The notes under the pieces are model-generated. The model did no database searches, was not told where the DNA came from, and saw only the letters and a list, made by a program, of their open reading frames with translations. Below are positions 56,973 through 64,000 of a stretch of DNA of 64,000 nt, in pieces. The stretch is from an uncultured Desulfospira sp. (lineage in GTDB: Bacteria > Desulfobacterota > Desulfobacteria > Desulfobacterales > Desulfobacteraceae). Where the stretch lies: assembly GCA_963663165.1 (NCBI GenBank), contig OY760175.1, forward strand, positions 1,024,001 to 1,088,000. Reading direction: 5' to 3'. The stretch's first letter is position 1, and each line of letters opens with the position of its first letter. A program made the position numbers and the translations under genes.

Positions 56973-58001
56973 CTATTTCCCCCCGTTCAGGACAAAGTCA
57001 AAAATCTGCTGGGCATTGCCATGGCCTTCTTTTTCCATCTTTTTGACCCAGGCAGCCCATACGGGTTTGCCGCCGACTTCAATCCAGCGGTCATATTCTT
57101 TGTCGTCCAGGGTAAAGATATTGTCCCCATTTCCCTGGGCTTTAACTTTTTCTACACCCGTGGTTTTCATGGTGTCGAAAAAATTCTTGCCCCAGAATTT
57201 GGATCCATATTCTCCGGATACGCTTTCGATATTATCCTGAACATCCTTTGGCAGCTTTTCCCATACCTTTTTGTTCATGGCGATTGAAAAGTATACTGCC
57301 GGAAAAGGAACTTCCGTATAATACTTTGCGACCTCATAAAACCGCCAGACCACAATACCTTCCCAGGGAGCGCCCATGCCGTCAATAACGCCCTTCTGCA
57401 TGGACAGATAGTTATCGGGCATAGGAATATTCATGGGGGTTCCGCCAATGGCCGTCATCATATCGGTTGGTGGTCCACCGGTCATCCTGACTTTCATGCC
57501 TTTGATGTCTTCCATGACTTTCACCGGTTTATCAACGGTGATCAGGGTGTACGGCGCACTGGTGTAAAACAGCAGTATTTTCAGGTCTTTGTACTCGGCC
57601 TGAATTTCCGGAAATTTTTCATACACTTTCCAGAGAAGGGCGCTTCCTTCTTCTGCGGTTTTAAAGGGCATCCCCGGCAGGCTGATAACGTCGGATAAAG
57701 GGGTCATGCCGGGCCAGTAACCGTGAAAGCACCACCCGATATCGGTAATGCCCATCTTTGTGGCATTCCACATGTCTTTTCCCTTGCAAAGGGTCTGTCC
57801 ATAAAACCGTTGAATTTTAACCTTCCCGCCAGTGGCTTCTTCCACTTGGTTCAGCCAGGGTTCGATACAGTTCGCCGAACTTAACCCTGTTTCAGGGTTC
57901 TGATGGGAGAACCTGAGCGTGATGGGTTTGGCAAAACTAAGTGCTGCCGTGCCTACAATAAAGGCAACACCAAGAGCCACAATAAGAAATTGTTTCTTCA
58001 T
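56973..58001 (-). CDS. dctP: TRAP transporter substrate-binding protein
   Basis: Signal peptide, DIKGMKVR, QKGVIDG, MNKKVWEKLP. Confidence 0.93.
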   Translation of the reverse strand: MKKQFLIVALGVAFIVGTAALSFAKPITLRFSHQNPETGLSSANCIEPWLNQVEEATGGKVKIQRFYGQTLCKGKDMWNATKMGITDIGWCFHGYWPGMTPLSDVISLPGMPFKTAEEGSALLWKVYEKFPEIQAEYKDLKILLFYTSAPYTLITVDKPVKVMEDIKGMKVRMTGGPPTDMMTAIGGTPMNIPMPDNYLSMQKGVIDGMGAPWEGIVVWRFYEVAKYYTEVPFPAVYFSIAMNKKVWEKLPKDVQDNIESVSGEYGSKFWGKNFFDTMKTTGVEKVKAQGNGDNIFTLDDKEYDRWIEVGGKPVWAAWVKKMEKEGHGNAQQIFDFVLNGGK

Positions 58002-58136
58002 GCGTCTTTCCTTAATTATTTAAAGGGTTTGTCAAACATCGACCGAAAAATATGAGGTCATCCGGCGCCCCCAAAAGGAACTATTTCCTTTGAGGGCCCG
58101 GATGGTACTGCCCTTTTCCACGTTGGTCCCGCTGTT

Positions 58137-58317
58137 TTATATGAAAGACTCAGCAACCTTTTGAGTTCTTTCAATATTTGTTGTGGGCGGTTCTTGGTTG
58201 GATAACCAAGGCGGCCCGTGGCCGTTATATGAAAGTCTCACTAACATCCTGATAAGACTTTCATTATTCCTTGTGGGCGGTTCTTGGTTGGATAACCAAG
58301 ACGGCCCGTGGCCGTTA
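58137..58317 (-). repeat. 90-bp two-hairpin repeat, tandem copies E and F (reverse orientation)
   Basis: Units share TTA at 58225-58227; the terminal TAA of F is the thiolase stop codon. Confidence 0.92.
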
Positions 58318-59496
58318 GACGGAAAGAATGGTGGTGCCGCTGTTGCCCATGAGGCCGTAGGTCTGGGCCATGGCAACTTTGGGATTGGTGACCTGCCGCT
58401 CCCCGCATCTTCCCCGAAGCTGGTTGGCACATTCAATGACCTGCCAGAGGGCCTGGGCAGACAATGCTTCCCCATGGGAAGAAAAACCGCCGCTGGGGTT
58501 TACGGAGACTTTGGCGTCGATCTTGGTCTCGCCGTCCCGCAGCATTTTATCGGCTTCCCCGTCTTTACAGAAACCACAGGTTTCAAGGTAAACCAGGTAA
58601 TGCCAGGAGCTGTTGTCCGGAAGTTCGAGTACGTCAACGTCTTCGGGTCCGATCCCGGCCTTTTCATAGGCCTGCTGGGAGGCAGAGTAACTTTCACTGA
58701 GCATGGGGGCTTCGGGGGTGGACGGACAGGAGAGTGCGGAAATACGGATGGTGGGATCGCCAAAGATGGAACTGCCCATGGTGGTGGCGTTCACCTTGAC
58801 CGGATGGTCAGCCTTTTCGATCAGTTCCTTGTCGGCGGTGACAATAACCGCTGCCGCACCGGTGCTCACCGGACAAATTTCAAACAGCCGCAGGGGGTCA
58901 CACACATAAACCGAATTCAGGACATCTTCCATGGTATAGACTTTTTTGAAGCGGGCATCGGGGTTCTTGGACCCGTACTCGCTCATGAGTACTTTGACCC
59001 TTGCCAGATCCTCTTCCGTGGTATCGTAGGTTTCCATTCTTTTGCGGCATTCCAGTGCCCAGTAAATGGGATTGGGCATCCCGCCCATTTTCCACCGGAT
59101 AACGTCTCTGTCCTGCACGGCATTGTCTGATTTGGCTGTCAAAAACCCCTTGGGGGAAACATCAGCCCCAAAGGCCAGGGCCGTATCGGTTTCACCGGCG
59201 GCCACGCTGTTATAGGCCATTCTCATGGAAGCAGACCCTGTGGCACAGGCATTGTAGACGTTAACGACCGGCACGCCGGTCTCACCAAAAACACTTTCAA
59301 GGTACTGGCCGGACAGATGGCCGGCATTGCCTCCGTAAATAAAGATACCGGCCATAATGGCCTGAATTCTTTTCCATCCAATGTTGGCGTCTTTTAAGGC
59401 AGCGTCAACAGCCGTGGTGGCAAAATCGGCAAAAACCTGTTCGGAAAACCCCATCCACGGGTGAATTCCGGTTCCAATGATATATACATCTCTCAT
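58315..59496 (-). CDS. SCP-x / lipid-transfer-protein-type thiolase
   Basis: NACATG catalytic Cys, NPDA, GAAAV, VNPSGG..GEALSAQ, QLRG. Confidence 0.88.
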   Translation of the reverse strand: MRDVYIIGTGIHPWMGFSEQVFADFATTAVDAALKDANIGWKRIQAIMAGIFIYGGNAGHLSGQYLESVFGETGVPVVNVYNACATGSASMRMAYNSVAAGETDTALAFGADVSPKGFLTAKSDNAVQDRDVIRWKMGGMPNPIYWALECRKRMETYDTTEEDLARVKVLMSEYGSKNPDARFKKVYTMEDVLNSVYVCDPLRLFEICPVSTGAAAVIVTADKELIEKADHPVKVNATTMGSSIFGDPTIRISALSCPSTPEAPMLSESYSASQQAYEKAGIGPEDVDVLELPDNSSWHYLVYLETCGFCKDGEADKMLRDGETKIDAKVSVNPSGGFSSHGEALSAQALWQVIECANQLRGRCGERQVTNPKVAMAQTYGLMGNSGTTILSV

Positions 59497-59520
59497 GATT
59501 ATTTATCCCTTATATATGGT

Positions 59521-59955
59521 TTATTTAACGGCTTTAAATGCCCAGGTCACTACCTGCTGTTTCTCATCATTGGTAAACAGGTCCAGGAGTGTGGTTTCCA
59601 TTTCCATCCCGACTTTAAGGGATTTAATATCTGTATCTGTGATAATGCCGGCCACCTGGATGTTCTGGTCTTTAAAATCAACCAGGCCGATGCCGTAGGG
59701 GGTAATCTTCTTTTCGGTTTTAAACGGTGCCGGACACGGATAGTACTGAATGGTATAGCTGGCCAGCACCCCTTTATTGGGAAGCAAAACCTCTTCTACC
59801 CCCTCTCTTGAGCATTCGGGACGGTGCTGATAGTGTTCCTTGGGGAAAAAGTAAACACCGCAGCTATTGCATTTTGCACTCATCAATCTGACTTCACCCG
59901 TGGACCAATCCACCAGATTGGGGATACGGGCGACTTTATTTGCCAAGTTTTCCAT
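59521..59955 (-). CDS. DUF35 Zn-ribbon/OB-fold thiolase partner
   Basis: CNSCG..FFP, SYT, PYGIGLVD, LKVGMEME; adjacent to the thiolase. Confidence 0.88.
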   Translation of the reverse strand: MENLANKVARIPNLVDWSTGEVRLMSAKCNSCGVYFFPKEHYQHRPECSREGVEEVLLPNKGVLASYTIQYYPCPAPFKTEKKITPYGIGLVDFKDQNIQVAGIITDTDIKSLKVGMEMETTLLDLFTNDEKQQVVTWAFKAVK

Positions 59956-60047
59956 TGTTTATTTCCTTGTTCAACTTATGGTGTTGTTCTAAATGGTTTA
60001 GTAAATAACGTTTCCTTAACCTGTTGCCGTCTAATCACGGTAAGCCG

Positions 60048-60815
60048 TTACCGGCCCACAAATTTGGGCGCTCTTTTTTCAAGGTATGCATCCACCCCTT
60101 CTTTTTTGTCTTCAAGGGACAAGGACAGGGCATACATTTCATACTCATAGGCAAGGCCGTCTCTAAGGCCGGTGTTCATGCCCTTGTTAATGGACTGTTT
60201 TGCCAGCCTCAATGCGGCCGCGCTTTTTGAGGCAATCTTTGCGGCAACCTCTTTGGCTGTGGGCATGAGTTCATCCATTCCCACAACCCGGTTCACCAGC
60301 CCGATCCGGTATGCCTCATCCACCCGGATGATATCCCCGGTAAAAATCAGTTCCTTTGCCCTGAATGCACCGACGTGCCGCTGAAGCCGCTGGGTTCCGC
60401 CGCCGCCGGGGATGATGCCCAGGTTGATTTCCGGCTGGCCGAACTTGGCTTTTTCAGAGGCGATGATCATGTCACAGGCCATGGCGACTTCGCAGCCGCC
60501 GCCTAAGCAGAAACCGTTGACCGCCGCAATAACCGGCTTGGGCAGGGCTTCCACAATATCACCGACCCGGACAATATTATGGGCGGCAAAGGGCGTGGTG
60601 GCATGGAACTGTTTGATGTCTGAACCGGCCACAAAGGCTTTGCCGGCGCCTGTCAAAATCAAAACCTTTATATTGTCGTCTTCTTCAACATCTTTGGCAG
60701 CCTGAGCAAATTCAGCCCGCAGTGCAATGTTGAGGGCATTCATGGCCTCAGGACGGTTAAAGGTGATAATGGCAATATTGTCTTCTTTTTCTAAAATGAT
60801 GTTTTCATACGCCAT
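60048..60815 (-). CDS. Enoyl-CoA hydratase (crotonase); probable start 60815
   Basis: NRPEAMNAL, FVAGSDI, GGGCE, GQPE, PGGGGTQRL; GGGAG RBS. Confidence 0.92.
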   Translation of the reverse strand: MAYENIILEKEDNIAIITFNRPEAMNALNIALRAEFAQAAKDVEEDDNIKVLILTGAGKAFVAGSDIKQFHATTPFAAHNIVRVGDIVEALPKPVIAAVNGFCLGGGCEVAMACDMIIASEKAKFGQPEINLGIIPGGGGTQRLQRHVGAFRAKELIFTGDIIRVDEAYRIGLVNRVVGMDELMPTAKEVAAKIASKSAAALRLAKQSINKGMNTGLRDGLAYEYEMYALSLSLEDKKEGVDAYLEKRAPKFVGR

Positions 60816-61115
60816 GGGTTTATTCTCCCTGTTTGTTATGAAAGTCCGCAGGTTTGCAACATGAACACTGTTAATATGCAGTTGCTTAATCTGTGTGTCT
60901 TTCAAAATTTGCCGTATCTTTGAGACACGGCTGATTTATGAAAGTGATCAGTATTAAAAAATAATCATCTATATATAATCGGGCCGACCGGAATGATTAT
61001 AATTTTCCGTAATGCCGGCCCGCTTCACTTCACTGGATCTGGATCAGGCTTTTTGCACCAATAGAATAATCCGGCCACCAGATCCTGATAGACCAGGACT
61101 GCCGTCTATTCCCCT

Positions 61116-61883
61116 TTACTGGGCGGTCAGGCCGCCGTCCACATAGATGGTCTGTCCGGAAACAAATCCGGCGGCTTGAGATGCCAGGTACACACAGGCA
61201 CCGGCCAGGTCTTCGGGAAGTCCAATCCGTCCCATGGGGACAGCGGCAGCGTACTTTTTGGCCAGTTCCGGATTTTCAGCAATATGTTTGGTGCCCGGGG
61301 TGATGATCAGGGCCGGCCCGATGGCGTTGACCCGGATGCCCAGGGGAGCCCATTCCAGGGCCAGGGCTTTGGTGATCAGTTCTACGGCCCCTTTGGTGGC
61401 ACAGTAACCGGAATTTCCACCGGTATACCCGCGGATGCCGCGTACGGAGGAAAGGTTGATGATAGATCCTTGTTTTTGTTCTTTCATTACCTGACCCACG
61501 GCCTTGCAGGCAATCATGGTTCCCTTGACGTTGACGTTGAACAGTTTGTCCCAGTCTTCCACCGGGTATTCAAAGGCATCGTGCTTGATGTTCATGCCCA
61601 TGGCGTTCACCAGAATGTCGATTCTGCCGTATTTTTCTTTCACCTGGCTGACCAGGGCGGCCATGCTTTCTTCACTGGTAACATCACAGGTAATGGCAAT
61701 GGCTTTATTGCCCGATTCACGGGTGATCTTCTCCGCCACCGCATCAATGGCACTCTGATTACGGCTGGATACCACAACTGTTGCCCCATGGATGCCAAGC
61801 CCTAATGCAAGGGCTTCCCCAATACCGCCGGCGCCGCCGGTGACAATGGCAATTTTTCCGTCTAATTTAAAAAAATCTTTCAT
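61116..61883 (-). CDS. Short-chain dehydrogenase/reductase, possibly phloroglucinol reductase-like
   Basis: TGGAGGIG, SSVR, YCATK. Confidence 0.88.
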   Translation of the reverse strand: MKDFFKLDGKIAIVTGGAGGIGEALALGLGIHGATVVVSSRNQSAIDAVAEKITRESGNKAIAITCDVTSEESMAALVSQVKEKYGRIDILVNAMGMNIKHDAFEYPVEDWDKLFNVNVKGTMIACKAVGQVMKEQKQGSIINLSSVRGIRGYTGGNSGYCATKGAVELITKALALEWAPLGIRVNAIGPALIITPGTKHIAENPELAKKYAAAVPMGRIGLPEDLAGACVYLASQAAGFVSGQTIYVDGGLTAQ

Positions 61884-61918
61884 CGTATAGTACCTTTCGT
61901 TTTGCCGAATTGACCCGC

Positions 61919-62251
61919 TTACGGGGTAACAATAAACACGAGGACTTCGGCCGGTTTTCCATTATTGATAACCATATCCCGTTCTTCACCCGGAGCGATA
62001 TAGATCATTCCCCCCTCGTTGAGGACGTGGCTTTCACCATCCTTGCCGTTTACGGTAATGGACCCTTTGGTGACGTAGTAGACACGTTCTTTGGGAGACG
62101 GGCACATCTCAGCGCCGCCGTCAGGCTGAAAGTAGGAATAGCAAACCGTTATTCTTTTCGAATCAGCTTCGGTCAATTTTTGCAGGCCAAACACACCAAA
62201 ATGCTTGGCCGCATCATAAGGGGTTCCCTTTGCGTCTTCAACACTGATCAT
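61919..62251 (-). CDS. Cupin protein, possibly dihydrophloroglucinol cyclohydrolase-like
   Basis: YDAAKHF, SYFQPDGGAE, ERVYYV..G, PGEER; AGGAGG RBS. Confidence 0.8.
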   Translation of the reverse strand: MISVEDAKGTPYDAAKHFGVFGLQKLTEADSKRITVCYSYFQPDGGAEMCPSPKERVYYVTKGSITVNGKDGESHVLNEGGMIYIAPGEERDMVINNGKPAEVLVFIVTP

Positions 62252-62510
62252 ATGTTACCCTCCTTTAGAATGTGATGCGGTTCAATGGTCATGAACCCAT
62301 TGAATTTAAGTCGTCATTGCGACCCCATGGGATACTTATTATGCTACCCAAAATTGTCATACTATATTGCATGCAATTTCCCGAAACGCAAGTCTTTTTT
62401 TTACCATAACCACGGTATCTTGAATGGAAATGTCCGATTTTTTGCACAAGCTCCCGGGACGGATGGATTTTTCATTCAAAATTAAATGACATATTACATG
62501 AAAAAAAATC

Positions 62511-62540
62511 TTGACTCTTTACATTCCATGCCTGTAGGAT
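62511..62540 (+). promoter_or_regulatory. Putative sigma70 promoter of the molybdoenzyme gene
   Basis: TTGACT-18 bp-TAGGAT preceded by an A tract. Confidence 0.45.
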
Positions 62541-62707
62541 CAATGCCAACCATACGGTCGCTGTATCTCCCTGTGGAAAAAAGAGCCTGCTATTACTGAC
62601 CCTGCCCCGTTCTGACCGTAGCCTGAAGATAACGCAAGCACCATTATTGTTATAGATTGAGCATCATTATCTTTAACCGTGTCTTTTACAAAAGGAGGGG
62701 TGTAACA

Positions 62708-64000
62708 ATGACGAAAATCAAAACCAAGGACAAAACTGTATTGCGCAGTCTTGGGCTGGGTGGTTTCTTTGGCGGCGGTGCCGAAGGCATGGTGGATGTC
62801 AAAGACGGCAAAATTGTACGGGTCAGGCCCATGCGGTACGGGTGGAAGTACGACAAAGAGGAGGTCCGGCAATGGAAAATGGAACGAAACGGCAAAACCA
62901 TTGAACCGGCCTGGAAATCCCTTCCCGGCCCCTTTTCCCTGGCGTATAAAAAAAGGGTCTATTCCCCCAACCGGATCAAGTACCCCATGAAACGAGTGGA
63001 CTGGGATCCCAACGGGGAACGCAATCCCCAGAATCGGGGCAAATCCAAATATGTCCGCATTTCCTGGGACGAGGCCACGGACATCATTGCTTCTGAGATT
63101 AAACGGATCCATAAAACCTACGGGTACCACGCCATTTTAATGCAGGGAGACGGCCATGGCGAATGCAAGACCATCAACACCCCCCACGGACATTCGGGCA
63201 CCCTGTTAGACCACATGGGCGGATTTACCATCCAGGTCAGAAACCCGGACTCATGGGAAGGCTGGTACTGGGGGGCCAAACATGTCTGGGGCCAGGGGGT
63301 CCAGGGCAACATGTGGCCGGCCGCCAACATTGTCAACGACACGACCAAAAATTCCGAAATGGTGCTGTTCTGGGGGTGTGACCCTGAGACCACGCCCTGG
63401 GGATTTACCGGCCAGTTTCCCTCGCGGCTGTGTTATTTCTGGTCCGAGGTGGGCATCAGCCAGGTCTATATCTGTCCGGATCTTAACTATGGCGCGGCCA
63501 TCCATGCGGACAAATGGATTCCCATCCTGCCCAACACCGATGCGGCCCTTCAGCTGGCCATCGCCTATGTCTGGATCACCGAAGATCTTTATGACAAAGA
63601 ATATGTAGACACCCATGTGGTGGGATTTGAACCCTTTAGCGACTATGTCCTGGGCAAAGAGGACGGTGTGGCCAAAACCCCGGCCTGGGCATCCAAAAAA
63701 TGCGGGATTCCCGAATGGACCATCAAGGCCTTGGCCCGGGAGTTCGGCAACAAGACCACCTCCATTGCCCACTACTTTGGCGGCGGGTTTATAAGGGCGG
63801 CCTTTTCCCATGAAAATGCCCGGCTTGAAGTCGTTTTGCTGGGCATGCAGGGCCTTGGCAAACCCGGGGTTCACCAGCACCAACTCACCTATTTCGGCAT
63901 GCCCAGGAAAGAAGGCCTTGGGGGCACCTTTTTCTGGAACCCGGAAATTGAAGAACGCCTGTCGGTTCCGGTCATGTCCTCGGTCACGGCCTGGCAGCAG
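62708..64000 (+). CDS. Molybdopterin oxidoreductase, pyrogallol-phloroglucinol transhydroxylase large-subunit-like (partial, runs off the window; absent from the ORF track)
   Basis: AAGGAGG + ATG 62708; MTKIKTKD..VDVKDGKIVRVRP..RIKYPMKRVDWDPNGERNPQNRG..ISWDEATD..NPDSWEGWYWGAKHVWG. Confidence 0.88.
   Translation, partial: MTKIKTKDKTVLRSLGLGGFFGGGAEGMVDVKDGKIVRVRPMRYGWKYDKEEVRQWKMERNGKTIEPAWKSLPGPFSLAYKKRVYSPNRIKYPMKRVDWDPNGERNPQNRGKSKYVRISWDEATDIIASEIKRIHKTYGYHAILMQGDGHGECKTINTPHGHSGTLLDHMGGFTIQVRNPDSWEGWYWGAKHVWGQGVQGNMWPAANIVNDTTKNSEMVLFWGCDPETTPWGFTGQFPSRLCYFWSEVGISQVYICPDLNYGAAIHADKWIPILPNTDAALQLAIAYVWITEDLYDKEYVDTHVVGFEPFSDYVLGKEDGVAKTPAWASKKCGIPEWTIKALAREFGNKTTSIAHYFGGGFIRAAFSHENARLEVVLLGMQGLGKPGVHQHQLTYFGMPRKEGLGGTFFWNPEIEERLSVPVMSSVTAWQQ

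Noticed and set aside
58225..58320. Integron attC reading (CACTAAC ... GTTAGAC)
   Set aside because: The inner arms next to these boxes are not complementary to each other; no integrase or cassette array
62540..62700. Molybdenum-cofactor riboswitch in the molybdoenzyme leader
   Set aside because: No recognisable Moco-motif sequence or stems by eye; an Rfam scan would settle it

Overview
Chromosomal window of a sulfate-reducing deltaproteobacterium, most likely Desulfobacteraceae (inferred from rRNA style and gene content). Nearly all genes lie on the minus strand. It begins with an rRNA operon (16S-tRNA-Ile-tRNA-Ala-23S) whose 23S gene carries two intervening sequences; one encodes a four-helix-bundle (IVP/Avd-like) protein. 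Next come tyrS, rny, 6S RNA, zapA/zapB, a short glmU, the atpF'FHAGDC genes, mreBCD-mrdA-rodA and an intact IS1634-family element. These are followed by a phosphorelay cluster with a frameshifted HD-GYP regulator, peptidoglycan-recycling genes, a selenocysteine formate dehydrogenase with a GltD/SfrB-like partner, and an Ehr-type (NiFe-less, Hyf-like) membrane complex. The window ends with two-component genes, a TRAP transporter and a candidate pyrogallol/phloroglucinol catabolic locus. The most notable non-coding signals are (i) long inverted-repeat stems made of about five 7-nt units, found in both rRNA IVSs and in mRNA intergenic regions, and (ii) a 90-bp two-hairpin repeat bounded by TAA, present six times and twice as head-to-tail dimers. 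All calls are by eye; no database searches were run.
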